A stretch of 64,000 nt of DNA, taken from assembly GCA_030141605.1 (NCBI GenBank), contig JAQGDQ010000028.1:124001-188000 (forward strand), written 5' to 3'. This DNA is from Tubiluchus corallicola (lineage: Eukaryota; Animalia; Priapulida). This document shows positions 12,401 to 27,800 of the stretch, in pieces. The notes under the pieces are model-generated. The model was not told where the DNA came from. It did not search any database and worked only from the letters and a program-made list of their open reading frames with translations. A program made the position numbers and the translations under genes. Each line of letters begins with the position of its first letter. The stretch's first letter is position 1.

Positions 12401-15400
12401 TGAATCCGGAAACCTTCCTGCAAACTACCATTTTTTGTCAGCAAATTGATATCAATATGGTACTAGTACCACACAGACCACGAAAAATGCAAAACATGTT
12501 ATTTGCCTGAAGGGATGTGACCCTGTAATAACTAATTACAGGACTTTGCAACCAAAGTAATTTATAACTATTTGCTAGATTGTTTTTCAGAAAACAACAT
12601 TTACCATGGTACATAATGTTTGATATTAAACATCCACTGTCAAACTGCATTTGCTAGACATACAGAACAGAATACCCTGTGTGCACAGCAGTATTTCGCT
12701 GACAAGTAACAAGCGTAATGTGATCTTTTTCCGTAAACCCTGCAGAAAGGTTGCTACAGTGAGGGATCTATTTTTCTGCATCCTCTTTTCCAAAGCAGAT
12801 TAATTCAGGCTAGATAAATGGGTGCATTAAAAGCAATATGAAGTAACTTGCAATAACACATGTGCAATAATGCATATGCAGTTCCGGACGTCTGGTAAAC
12901 ACAGCTTAAATGTCACTAGTTAAACATTTTAGTTTGAAATCTCTTGTTGCTTCATATCTGGTAACTGGTAAGTCTAGTAGTCCTGGTAGATAAAAGTTTC
13001 ATGAAACCTAAGCTCACACAAAAGTTTAGTGTCACAAAAACAAGTTCAGATACCTAGTCTTTCGGGTGCCTGTAATTGGTTAAGTGCGTACCCACACATC
13101 TAAAACACGTATCATTAGTAAGATTCAGTGAAAACGTGGTGCATCAGTAGAGGTTTAGTAATTTTGCCAGAAATCGCTCGCCTCACGAATGTATGTTTTA
13201 TACTTTCCGCATGCTTTTAGCTCCCTTTTTAGTTCCCTTTTTTCCATGAGATATTTTGTGCTTCAGATAGTGATCAAGAGAAAACTGACGCAGAATACCC
13301 GTTTAGAAAATCTCGTAAGTGTAGTTTAGTTTCACTCTTCTTTTTGTTTGGGTTTTGCAAGTTTGTCTTTTGTTTTGCATTGTTGTGAATTTTTGTTTTC
13401 ATCACATTCTTCTGTCCGCTCTGCCTTCTAGAGAATTCTTGAGCCGCGTTTAAATTAGTCTATGTCTACAGTAATCTGACAAGGCTTTATCGTGTGTTTG
13501 ACAAAAATGGCACATCTGCATCCCAGCTGTGTTATTGCAAAATAACAAAATTTGGACTTCTGTTAAACAGAAATGTAAGTAAAAAACTTATTGCTAAATT
13601 TCTGATCATTTCTGTAAGATCTGCCATCTTTGCTCCTGCACATGTGTATAAGAAAAGATAAAACTCTTATTTTGACGTCGGTTTAAAAACACACAGCTAC
13701 ATGCTGCGAGAGATTATGTCACCGACGAATAAATGAGGAATGTTCAGCTACAGTTAAAAACTAATTAAATTAAATACTGTACAGTTAAGAAGAGAATACC
13801 ATTTGCTTGATTTGCCTAAATTGCCCGGAAAGCTTCGTTCTACTATTCTTACGTCAAGCATACAGTACAGACTAGTAATCACTTAAACAAGTGCAAACTG
13901 ATGCAGTCAAATTATTTACACTATGCAGTTCCAATACAAAAAATGAAAACCCGAAATTTGAACAGCATAATGATGATTTCCTTGTGCAGTTTGAAACATT
14001 TATGATTTTGTTCATTTGTACAGCAGTACCCTTGAAAATCAGTAAATTATAATCTAGCTTCTACCTTGAAAATATAAACAAAATCTACACTACAGCATGA
14101 ATGTGCAACTTAACTAGTATTAATTATTACAGGAATAATAGCATGGTTTGAATGGGCATTTGCTTTTGCACATTTATGGCTACTGATGCTATGCTATATG
14201 ATACCTTAAATCAAAAGAGAGCAAATTTGATTTATCTTCAGTAACAGTGTAATTTAAAATTCACCTGCAAACCAATATGAATTAATTTAATTGAACTTTA
14301 TTAGCAATTCAATGAAATTAGAATTTTAGCCCATCTGCATATATTTTTTGTTTCCCCTGCGTAAATATTTCAAATACATTGACCCTTAAAAGCCATCAGG
14401 TCACAATGCAACTACAAATGTACCTTTATCACTTAAAGTAAAAGTAAAAACAATTAAAACATTGTTAACAACTGGAGAGCACAGTGTAGTAATTTAAAAA
14501 TTTAGAACAAAAATTAGAATAGTGTACTAGTAATCACACGAAAACAACAGAATCTCCTAGAAAACACCAAACCACAAACACAGGCTGTCATGATGTATAA
14601 GAAAACAGATACAAAAAATGCAAGATGCATTGCGTAAATGCACTTGGCAGAACCATTCTATTGTAACAGAGCCAGACCCATTCTTCATGGTAAAGACCTA
14701 TCAATATTCATGATGGCCTTTCGGTTTGAAATTTTAACTGTAAACATTCATCAAGGAAGTTAATCCAGCTGCAAAAAAATTGCATGTCTGTATAGGGTTC
14801 ATTAATGTTAAAAGACCAAAATTTCGTGTGCATTGCTTATACTAATTTACTCTTCGTTTGTTTACATTGTTGACTTAGGTTGCTGATTTAATGATGTCAC
14901 ACAAAATTCTGTAGATGATAACTTTTTATATCTCTTACTACTTTTTCAATAATATTTCTCTTTATGGCAGAAATATAATGTTTAGTGAGTGTGAATCATG
15001 TTGAAGAGAATTAAGATATGAAGAAAGCAGAGCTTGTTTTGAGTACTATCATTATGGGTAGAACCAGTTTAACTAACCTGATTATCATTTCACATATCTG
15101 TCTATCTATCTATCTATCTAAATCAGGTTGGCTTATAAAGTATCTGAATTATCGAATATTGGCATGATGTTGAGCCATAACTGATCTGGTTGGAAGTTTG
15201 AAATTTTACTTGTACAGCATGTCTGTACAGAACCTGAGCAGATTTATAAAACTTACAAGTTTATTTATGACAGATTATAATCAAATCCTGTGGATGTGTC
15301 TATTAATCCCATAAACATGATCACTCTTTCATACTATTCAGAGAAAAAACGTGTTCTTTAAATCGTTATTTGTTGTCCCTTCTCTCACAACTTCAAATTT

Positions 15401-15781
15401 CTTTCCATTTACCTTCTGCCGGCTGATGTTGCCATCATCAGTGAACGCTTGTAGAACTTCGTCAAATGCACTGCTAATGAGCCTTCGTGTAATCTGCTTC
15501 TTTTAAGCCGAATACCACACGCAGTTTTAATAGGATGTCGAGGTTTTGCCGAGAACTACTTACTGAATAATTGTGTTATTACTGACATTTAATAATTACT
15601 CATCCACGCAAGAAATTGTCTTGTCCTTTCCAAGCAGGCTTTGATCCTCCTCTGCTGGTAAATTTTCTAGACTGATTGCGCACTACGCAGCATGGCATTT
15701 CTTTATTAATCCTCTTATAATAGCGAAGGTTACAACACCCACTAGGAAACTTCAGATAGACAGTTTCTTCAAAAGCAAATC

Positions 15782-15817
<36 letters not shown>

Positions 15818-18800
15818 ATGTATGTATAATTTTTAAAAAATTGCCTTAGACAAGGATTTAGTTTCTTAGAAGAATGAAAAAATGCACAAAACTAAATGAA
15901 AAGAAATAACGAGATTTCAGTTTTATGGTTATAGAACTAGCAGGTCAAGCCTTCTGTCAAGATTCTGCTCAATGGAAGTCAGATGTTCCTCAAAGCTCTT
16001 TCTAGGGATACACCATTGGTTAAAAACTTCTTGAAAAAAGCTCAACGAAAAAGCTGAAACTGCTGTACAGATGAGCAAGCTTTTGTGGGACTACCGGTTG
16101 AAGAGCTCCATTCATTTCTAGTTTTAAATTGCTTAATTTAAGAGCCTTTAGATAAGGATTATTTGCAACGCAACATTTTCTTGTCTATTTCATTGTTGTT
16201 ACTGTTATGTGCTAAGCTGGTAAGTTCACTAAATAGTCTGCTTACTGTACCCATAATCTTTTAGTCTTCATTACTTTGCTATTTAGAAATTTCAGGCCTA
16301 GTAATTAGTCTAGCAATTCTAGCAGGTCTCTTAATGCAGACTGAATCAAAAATAATGATACACTTCCTTAGTTCATTACAAAGTAATTTGTTGGAACAAA
16401 AGGGAATATACATTTGACTTAGTTAATCATACTATGAGGTGACCGACACACGCCCACACTAATCATACCACATTTGCAATTAATTGTCTTGCAAATCAGT
16501 TGTGGTTTAATTGTAAAAAAAGATTAATTACAGCAAATGATGACACAAAATTTGGAATTTGAAGTAAAGTTTTAACACTTCCTTGCAATTTATATCCACT
16601 TTCAATATGTGAAACTGCGACGGACCTTGAGACTTCACCTGTTTATTGATTTCATACAATTATTGTTAGTAGACTTTGCTTATCTTGCAAAATAAACATT
16701 CGAAAGTGTATCATTTTTTTAAATTGCCATGTAGATGGAGTCATTTGTGAATATTGGTGGTTTGCTAACCACTTACTGAATCAGAATGTTGTTGTGTTCT
16801 TCACCTTTAGTTGGTTATGCTATTCTCCATCTGGAGGACTAAAATGCATTTATATCAATTAAACTGACTTGAAAACAACTGAAATTATGAATGTTGGAAA
16901 GCAGAACCACATAATTAAAATTTTTTCTTTACTTCGTTTATTTTTGTTATGAGCTGCATTTTATTACAGCACTAGAACTAAACCAAATACGCTATATCTT
17001 TCCTGTTTCTATTTGGGAAGATTTTCCCAAGTAAAGACAGGATGCTAAAGTGTCATTCTGGGTTTAGTTGTCATGGTTACATGGATTGCTGTGGTGTGTG
17101 GTTCAGTTTTTTGTGTGGCAACAATAACTCGAAGGCCCAAAGCCCAAATGAGCTTTCACGAGTAGCACTTATGTAAAATATGGTTGGTTAAATTACAAAA
17201 ACTACAGTCCACAGTGTTCAGTATCCAAATTACTCCAAACTATAACTATATCAGAAGTTTTGGAATCATGTGGCGCACAACTTCAGCAGTGTTCCAGTGC
17301 TACTCATTTAGCAGTTCCGTGTTATGGGCTGACTGCGTTTTTCTCTAAGCTGTGCCGCTGCCGTGGTTTTCCTTTAATGTTTTGAAATTTTTAACTTTTC
17401 AGTTAAGATTTTCTGCTCAATAACCCACTTCATAACAAACTGTTTTATGTTAGATGTTATCCAACTTTGTTTGTTTGTAGTTTTGAGTTCTTTTTCGGTG
17501 TTATATACACCACTTAATACTTTCTGTAGAAGGGGACATAGCACATGGCAGTGACACTGTGTGTGTTGTTTCTTACTTGCTGAGTGGGATTCCTTACTTC
17601 CTAGGTGAACCAATAAATATCAAATAATCAAACTTCTGCTTGAAAAACGCACTACATTCTGCATGCAGTGACTGTATTAAAGCGGGGTTTAGGTCTAGAA
17701 AGTGCGCATTTTAAATATTATAAAAACGTTTCATTATACATAAAGCTATGATCAAAATTTAGATCCATGACATAGGGTTCCAAAATATAAAGAAATCTTT
17801 GTTGGTAGTTTACCTTTAATTCAAATACTTCTTAAGGTAACACATCCAGGCACTAAGTTACACATTTACTAGATGAATTAAAACACGTTAAACTAAATTG
17901 CAGTGAATTTACTAGCATGTGAACAGCAGGCACTATGCTTTTTGAGAAGTAATGTTAGATTTTAAAAACTTGCTTCTTTGTTTTCAGCTGACTGCTCATT
18001 TAATTATGAATAAATTTTGTTAACTTCACAAAATCTACGAAAAAAATGTTTCACGTAATCAGATGAAAAGCACATCATCTGTTAAACCTGGTAGTCTGTA
18101 AATGTTGTGGTGACTGCCTTGTGTTCAAATTGTACATTTTACTGAAATTTATAATTTAGTAATGAGATTTATAATGATAGATTTGTGATGTATTTATCAA
18201 ATTTGTAATGAGAAAGTTTTGCAAATTACATAATACATGTATAGTTTGCAAGCTGAAATTATGAAAATGTTGTTTGAACGACAATTGATATTCAAAAAAG
18301 TATATTGTACAGTTTAATGTGTATCACTCCTTTATCTGTTGAATGACCTGGCATAAGTTAAACCACGTCAGGTTATGCAAGGTTTTAGCTTGGCTTATGC
18401 TTGTTAAGATTTGTCACTTCATTTATAGTTTTTATAACAATCATAGTGCTGCATAATTATGTCTGTAGATAAAATACGTTTCTGCAGACTGCATAATAGT
18501 TTAATAATTTCTTTTTTTGAAGCAGCCATCATAGCTGATGATGACAACATTCTTCTTGAGAGTTAGGATGGCTTTGATATCCATTATTTTAATTAAACAA
18601 TGACTGTTAGGAGATGATTGGAAGACTGTAACCAATAGATTCGTTCATATTTCTTTTAGCATATGCCTGCTTTATTCAACAAATCTTGTTCGGTCATTCT
18701 CGGAATATTCAGCGCATTTCTTGCATGCTGATTTCCATCCAGTATAACTTCTTCCAAATGTTCAAGCTGAGAGCATGGAGTGGTGCAAGAGTTTAGCACA

Positions 18801-21800
18801 CTTTGAGATAATTATCTGCAATCCTGAATCTTTTCTTGTGGCAGCAACAGTGATCTCTGACCTCTAAATTGATGCTGGCCTGTGTACAACTCACCAAACA
18901 ATCATGTTTGCTAAATAATTGCCAGATGTGTAAATAAATGTTCCACCTACACAACTGGTGAGGAAAGATCATGGTATTGTCATACACTCCACTCTTGTGA
19001 GTTTCATATGGGGAAAGATTTCTGTGTGCAGAATGCAGTCTTTCCATGACACTCCAAGGTGTTCTCCACGCAGTTAATGTGAAGCACTTGAAATTATTTG
19101 ATTTCACAACAAATATAGCACAATGTTGAGAATATATATATATAGTCCTGCATTATTTACAGTTTACATGACTTTTTAGGTCTTTCTGCTTCTTGTCTAA
19201 CAATAGAGCATCAGTAGTTGTTTAAGCAAAGTTAGCTACTTAATTGTCGTGTTTTATTAGCACAGTTAGTAATGCTTTTACATAACGTCAAGTTTGCATT
19301 AAAGCAATCATTAATGGCCATTGTACATTTGTCTGTCAACATGTTTGGAATCTTCCTCACTAAGGCTTTGTATTAAATAGAATGATTTCACGTGTTATAT
19401 CTTTTTTTACGCAGATGCGTACTCAGATTTAGAAGAGGAGTATTCCAGTAATGATGAGGGGAGCGACAGTGAGCCAGTCATGGAGTTGGAACATCGGAGA
19501 AGCAAGGGTCCACGTGGAAAAGGCATCCCATCCAGTGTATGTAAATTTATTGGTTTTGCAACCTCCTTCTCGTTAGTCAGTTTTAACGATTACTGACACA
19601 ATTGTTGGTGATACTTCAGTTTTTCGTCAAAGTAAGATTTAAGGGTCCTGAAGATCAAGGTTTGAATACATCTGATTTATTTTCTGTTTTTATTGTTTCA
19701 GCAACAAGGGAACCTGAAGAAAAGGTTTTATGCCTTGCTAAAGCGGTTTAAAGTGTCTGAAGAGGTAGAAATAGTTAATATTTTGTAATTATTTCATACT
19801 ATGTACACCTACAAATGGCATGCTGCATATTATCTGTGCACTGCTTGTCGCAGTGTCACTTTTCTATCAGCAAGGAGTCTACCATAGGTTTACAATTAAA
19901 ATTAAATTCAGTGAGTTTGAATTTGTAGCAATTTTACAGTAAGTAGGTGTGTAATACGAAAAGTATGTACATATGAGCTAAACTATGATGAAGTCATCAA
20001 ATTGATTATTGTCTACTGTGCTAGACAAAAAAGAATTCTAACTAGAGCCATTGGATGGACATTAGAGACGTGTGACATGCACTGAATGTGTATTTTGATT
20101 TACAGTTTTTTATTTTTTATCTTTCTACTACGCTAATTTCCAAACTGCAATATTTATTCATTAGGCATCATGTAAGGAATTTTTTGTGGCAGTTGGATTT
20201 TCCCATGTTTTAATTATACTTTTTTGGTACAATTTATTTTGAACATTTTAGTCTCGTAATTGTTAAGAAAATTACCAAGTACTGTATCCATCTTCCAGTG
20301 TTGTCAACCACTTTTCATCACCTAAACGTAGTGTCAACAGTCATTTTGCAGTTGCACATCTATGCACATAATTGTGTTGTGTTTTTGAAAAATTGACTTT
20401 AGACCTTTGGGAATTCATTCATTTGATGCTTGACAGGTTTTGGGTGATTCTGAACATGAGCAAGATGATGAGCAGCGCAAGCAAGAAATTGAAGATCTGT
20501 TGTTTGAGGAAATTAGTAATCTGAGTGACTCCGGTCCGGAAATGGATAACATGAGCATCTCTTCCACTCCAAAGCCTGGTCTAAGGTACAACTTACTAGT
20601 TTCTAACACTTTCTACTTAACATTACAAACGATTAGGAAAACAAGCAGGTGAAGAAAGGTTGAACATGGCTGTGTTCGCAAAGTAACTGGACAAGTAAAT
20701 GGAAGATTAATAAGAACATTTTTTCACAGGTGTGTTATATTCACAACACTAGAACGGAATATAACACAGCACTAATGTGCTTCCCATGGCAAATCCGGCA
20801 TGTTCATTTCTTTTAGTGTTAATGATTTCATAAAGAAAATCATGTGAAGCATTTACTGTTGTCACATATCAGTTTTTTTTATTTAGAATTGCATTATTGG
20901 GGCAGATCCATTTATACATTAGAATGAAAAAAAAACCAAGCAATGTAACAATGTGTTGGACAGCTTTATTTAAAGGAATGATCTGTTTAATGGCATACTA
21001 TATTTATACAAGGTTTCGCACTCCTACAATGAAAACTGAGGCATGTGATAGCTTTCAAAGATAAATATGACAACAACACCAGCACCAGGGATTCAAAAAA
21101 TCCAATGTCTTGGCAATAAATATTTCTCACTTATTACCATTTTCGGTAACAAATGTTTCCATGTGACGAGTGTTGATGATCATATTGTATCTTTTGCAAT
21201 TTTCTTAGCAAAATGTTTAAGGAAAATTTTACGTAAGACTTTTCGTTCATTTTTAACTGAACTTGCCGATTTATGACAAAAAGTATATCTGCATGTTCAA
21301 TGAATGTACTTATTAACTAATATTAAGGGGTGCTGAGCCTGATCTGCAGATGACTATTTGCAAGGAAAATTGTTTTGGACAGTTTCACCAATATACTGTA
21401 CTGTCCTTGGTTAGTTACCTTGTTCACACTGAAGGCTGCATGTACACTCAAATCAATGTACATACGTAGCTAAAACACTTCTAGAAGTTGTGTTTTGGAG
21501 GATTATCCATGATGGTGAACTAGGTTTGGGTTCTGCCACAACCAAATACTCAGGCCTGTTATTGAGTGCTGAAATCTGGCTTGCACATTAAGGTCATATT
21601 GTGTTAATTTTTACGTTATTTTTAGACCATATTTCTCAGCTCGATCAAGTTCTCACGACATTCTTACTGTCCCAGAGATCCGAATGAAGTATTCTAAAGA
21701 TCTAAGTGATGGGGAAAGTTCTAGAAAGGGTGACTCTGACAACCAGGTGAGTTTGTTTGTTTATTTGCTTGTTTTTTGTTTGTTTGGTCGTCTGTCTGTT

Positions 21801-24800
21801 TGCTGTCTGCCTACTCATCCTTCTATTTGTTTGGGCAGGTTTTTGCCTAGGTGTGCAGTTAGTGGTTAGCTGAGTGGTTTGTTGTTTGTTTAGTTGTGTG
21901 TAATGTGCCAAACTCGACTGCCAGGTACAACCTGTATTAACATCTTGCAAAAACTACGGCGCCTCCTGTGTCTAAAAATCCAAACGGTTTTATGAAAGGT
22001 TATTTTGTTTTTGTTTTTAGCATACCCAATGTTGCTTCTCTTTGCTCACTAGACTTAATTAGGCCAAAAGAGGTCTTAAGTGGGATACACATTACTTCAA
22101 TTTTGTATATGTTAACTGTTTTAAGTTGCTTTACTGTCCTTGATCAAATTAGACATCTGTTTTCTAGAATATGTGTTAAAAAGGGAACTAAGTGATGTTG
22201 GATCGTGTACGGTACGAATTTATATAGCTAGTTTTCTCATAACAACTGCCTTTAAGGCAGATTTGTTAGTTTCATTATCATATATAATTTGTTTCTTCTA
22301 CTAGAATCAATGGCTTTTCAACTTAAACATAAATGTATGGCGTTGGCCCATTACAGTAAGTAAAGTTATTGATATTACAGTGGTCACTATGATATGAAAA
22401 TTATGATTGTTGCAAATAGTTTATGAATTGTGCCATCAAATTGCTATGGCATCCGCATACTATGTTGACAATATTTAGGTTTGTCTTACACAGTTTTTAT
22501 TAATAAAACATTTGTTATCTTGTCTTCTTGTATTTAAGCTAGTGTCATCCTTTCAGGAATTCCTCACTGATGACCATGATGGTTCGGACGGTCAGCAGCG
22601 ACCGGAAAGCCCTCCACGAGTAAGTGAGACAGAAATCATGGTGAAGAAATCAGACACGAGCAAAAAGATCTCCCGACCATCATCACCACCATCGAAGCCT
22701 AAATTCTTCACGCGGGAAAGCAAGAGCTCATCGTTGAAAAATATGAATCCGGAAAAACGCACATCGAAAGATTACGGTGGCAAGTTGCCACTAGAGCGAA
22801 AAAGTAGCGGTGGTCTTGCAGACCAACAGGTGACTTTTTTTAATTATGATCCTATTATTGGAAAATGTTTACTACAAAATGTTCTTCATGAAATGCTCTT
22901 TAAAAATTCAAAAGTGCTCTTAATTGCAAATGCATCTAAACTTGAGAAATAGACCATTATATTGGAGGCATGTTTATGATACAATGCGATACAGTCAAAC
23001 CTCTTCGTACTGCCTACTTTTTGGCTGTAAAAAAAGTTTTTGTCTTATAGTGAGTTTGGCATTATAACAAGGTGCATTGATACATTCTTGTCTATGCAAA
23101 TATATATGTATTGTTTTGATAAAAATTTAGGCCTTAATGGAGGTTGGCATTACAGTGGCTTAACAAGGTTTGACTGTAGTTTGTGATTCTTCAATTTCAG
23201 AATTAGACTTAGACTTCATTCTAGTGCCGGAGATTTTCTTTTTTGCTTTATATTAACTGTTTATACTGTGTTGTACTTCCAACAATCTACTCTGGACTGT
23301 CTCCAAATTTCTTTAAACAGGCATTAGTATTATCAGCTGGCAGCCTGCCAGCAATGTATTTACATTAGTAGTGACTTTTAAAAGATGACATTGCAAAGGA
23401 AAGCTTTTGCAGCTTAAGTAATGTCGTTAATTCATCCATTAACTGAGAGGTGATATCAAAAGTTTGTTGCTGTTTGAAGCCAGTTGTCATGAATCGTTAC
23501 TACATAAGGCAAATTTAATGGGAGACGTGCTGTATTTTTTAAGTGGTATGAGAAAATAAATAAGAAGCTGGTATTTGATCACTTTTTCATTTTTCAGCCA
23601 AGAAAAGCTTTACTAGAGCAATTGCAAGGAGTATTAGGACCTGAAGAACTTATGATTGATTCAGCGATACTAGTCGATGCCTCTGAGAAGCAGGTTACTA
23701 CTGTAACAGTTACTTCTAGCGCATTGAAATGATGCATGAAATTTCATTACGCTGGAAATACTAGTTTGGTTTTTATGTATTGAACAAAATGTATTGAATG
23801 CAGTTTATTCTTCATTACTTTTGTATTTGCTCAAGCAAAATTTTGCTGTTTCTTTCAGGCCTATGTCTGGCTGTTTACCTTAAAGCTTCATATTTGTCGT
23901 TTGGTTTTTGGCATTGATGCCAAGATACTCTGATATTCAATGTCTCGTTATTCAATTTCGAAAATTGAATTTCTTCATGTTCGGCATGGAACCATTTCAT
24001 ATGCATATGTTCATATGTTCTGGTTATTGAAACAGTCTGAGACTGAATATCAAACGCGTTTGTATTGAATACAATTGTCAAACGTCAAACCATCTCAGTG
24101 GCATAACTTGCTTCAGTAATGGCTGTTATGTCTTTAAAGATCACTGAAGTAATTGTGTCTGCAACTTATACAATGTGGGTTTTTTCTGCATGCGTACCGT
24201 CAGTCATCGCTAGTAAAAGTGACAGCATCTTATATTTTCTACTGCATTACAAAACAGAATCCTAAGCTTTTCCAGAAAAGTTGCAAAATTTTTTGCTCTG
24301 ATTTCACCAAATTTTTATTAATGAACACAACAAGTATGAGAAGTAAAAATGGAGATGTTAGCATACATTTGTATTTAATATAATTTTTTATTGCAATTCA
24401 GGGTCTCCAACTTGCTCACCGGCTCCAAGAACTGTCCAATCATAGGATTGTTGCTACAGTAACCACAGGCGATGTCAAGGCAACAATGAGTCACTTAGTC
24501 AACAAATTGCAAAAATTGTAAGTGGCACGTACACGTACATATTTTGAAAACTAAAATATTGCGAAGCGAGAAACAAGAAATTTATTAAGAAACATTATTA
24601 AATTGCAAACTTTTATCATTTGCAATTGCCACATAGTCAAGTTCACACAAGATTTTATTGAGAAACATTATTAAATTGCAAACTTTTATCATTTGCAATT
24701 GCCACATAGTCAAGTTCACACAAGATTTTATTGAAAAACATTGTTAAATTGCAAATTTTTTTTCGTTTACAGTTGTCACACGAATAGTCAAGCTCCCACA

Positions 24801-27800
24801 CCCATTCGGGTTGCAATCGTGGGCGGAGATCGATACATCAATTCCATTTTGCGACCGTATGTAGAACACTTTTCTTTAAAGTCTCCTGATTGGCAAAATT
24901 ATCTCCGGTTTCTGGTGATTCCGCTCGGTATGTATAATTTTTTGCAAAACACATATTAATAATGTTGTGCAACAGCTTGGAAACTGGGGCAATACAGGCA
25001 TGTTACCGAAGCTCTGTTAAAGTCACAAATTTAATATGAATTGAAATAGGAATTCTTTTCAATTCGATTTGATATAGCAAGACTGAAAGGCTTGATTTGA
25101 TAAAGGTTTAGTGAGCTAAATGGAGTTATTTGATGTACTCCTATGAAACACGTCCTACGTTAAGTCCGGCATGCCGGCAAGCCCACATCATCTTCCAAAA
25201 TCTGAAAAAATTCAGTCATCTAGATTGCACACTCATCATTAGATAGAAGCTTTTAAGTTAAAGTCGTATTTGTGTTTTGTAAGAGATCAGTAAATTAAGT
25301 TAGTATGTTTACTGCATACTTCAAGTTTTACGTGCCAGGTGCAGGTGCATACGAAACTTTCTTTTTTATTAAAGTTCAAAGAATGGAGGTAGAAAGTGAT
25401 GCATGCTAAAGCAACGCCATATAAACTTTCTCTATTTTATATTTAAATCTTACAGGCAGCAGTATTTCACTAGCAAAGTATATTGGCAGTATAGACAACA
25501 CATATCATTCCTTGTTTCTGGATATTCTATGGAGGGATGCTTTTGAAAAGGGAGAAAATCACAAGCCAGGTACATTTTCTGTGTTAGTGTTATGAAATTG
25601 AAATGTTATTTATAATGAATGCTTTGAAATGAGAGGTTGTTTACTCATGTTGTCATAAAGTTATTTGCTTCTAATGAACTTGTGATTAGATTAAGATATA
25701 ATATTAATTAGTTTTCTGTTTTTTACACACAGATTCTTTATACCAAGAAGCAATCAGTAGAATAACACGGTACATCACCACCGCATCGCTTAATCTCCAT
25801 CTTCCGATTGCTGAAGCCATGATTGCATGTAAAGAGAGAAGGTTTGATTTATTGTGAAATATCATTTCTTACTGATTTGTGTCATTGTAACATTTAAAAT
25901 TTGTATAGTGGTGCTCATTTAGATATCAAAAAGTTTACAAACAAAAAATGTAATTTGTAAAAACACTGAAAATCTGTCATTTCTTTTCTTTGCAGTGCTG
26001 ATGAAGAGTCTTCCCAGGTCTTTACTCCATTTGTTATTGTAAGTATAGGTTCTTGCTACTTTATTAAAGGAGTTAAAAACAATTTATGCTCAGACTGTAA
26101 ACTAAGTCTTTCAAAGCTAATTTATACTAACTTAAACAGTAAATTAGTAACTCTTTACTTAACAACAGTTGTATGCACTCCAGCAAAATGTGATATGAAG
26201 TTGAAGTTGTCTATCCATAAGTAACAAATAATAACAAATAACTAACAAGAATGCATTTCAGTAACATTCAAAATTTAGAAATGGAATATATGATGATGTA
26301 AATTGACTTGAAATGTCTAAAAAAATCATAGGATTTTTATGTTTTTGCCAACAGGATGTAAAAATAGGTTGTTCAGAATGTGTCGGATACGTGTCAACAT
26401 CAGTGGAATTGGTGGAGGATTCTCCAACTGCCCCTCTCGTCTCTAGCTCCCCTCCGTCTTCTAGTCATCTTGATAAACCAAAAGACACAAATGGCACTCC
26501 TCCCGGGTCTCCTAGTGTCAGTGGAAACAATTTCAACAAGTAATTCCAGTTTATTCTGAATATGATCAAAGTAGTGAAAACGAGCTGACTGTAAAATTTT
26601 GGTTTTGTGTTTACTTTGATGCCCTAACAAGAGCTTGCAGCTGCTCTGATATGTGTCCTCTTATGTAATACTTTTGCTTACATAGCTTCAAACATCTTAA
26701 AGAGCATATATGTTACTGGCAGACGTGTGTTTGTCTTTCTCAACATAACTGACTGAACTTTTTTGTCATTCATCTGGTGTGCCAAAACAAGTTCATTTGT
26801 TAAGCAACACTTAACTTGATCATCTACTTATCAACCTATGCTTCAACAACGTATTTTAACATGAATGTGCAGCATTTAACATATTTTAGTTTAACTTGGA
26901 TTTATAAGACGTCACAGACTCCATCAGAAATGTGAAGGAACTTTGAAAGCTTTTTTGGCATTAATATTTCCTCTTTTATTGTAGTTAATGCCATTTGTGT
27001 TTACCTGTTACAGCAAAGATGTACAATCCCCTACCATCAGTGCAGACTTAGACCTCCAGGTGGAGTACTGGTTAACACCCGGAGTTGTCCCTTCCAAAGA
27101 GAGCGTCAATCCCCTGGGAAGGGACAAAAAAGATGCAAGCGGGAAGCTCTCCATCAAGTCAACGTTCCGTTCATTAGTGGTTTCTAAGCTACCAGCTGCT
27201 GGTGACCAGACTGCTACCGCCGCACAACTTTCAATGACTTTCGTCACTAAAGAGAAAAAGCAGAAAAGTAAGTTATATTCTGGCTACATATAGATTTATG
27301 GTCATTATATGCACACGTCAATAATGAAAGTTGAGTTGATTAATTGTTTATTGACTGCAATAATGGTGGAAGAGACAAAAGTTCGATGTTTGAGATGTAT
27401 GAGTAAAAGTTACAGGTTTTGCAGATGTTTGGTTACCAATGTTTGTGTAAAGCATAAAAACAGGAGGTCTTATGTTTTGTCACTTTTAAACATTTTTGAT
27501 AAAAGCAATCAGTTAGTTTATCATTCATTTGAAGGTGATTAAAAGCCGGTTATCTTCTTAAACCATCATTTCAAAATGTTTTGCTATCACTTTTGTCTTC
27601 GTCCATCTACCTATGCATAACCGACAGCTTTATATTCAATTTTTATTTACGAAAAAGGTAACTGAAATCTAGATAACTTTTACCAATAAATTTCACAATG
27701 CCTTGAAAATCTGATTTTATTCGAATTACGGTAATTTTTTTCAAAACAGCTAGTTGTTTGTTTTTCCTCGTTTTTTTATAATTATTGAAACTCATAGGAA

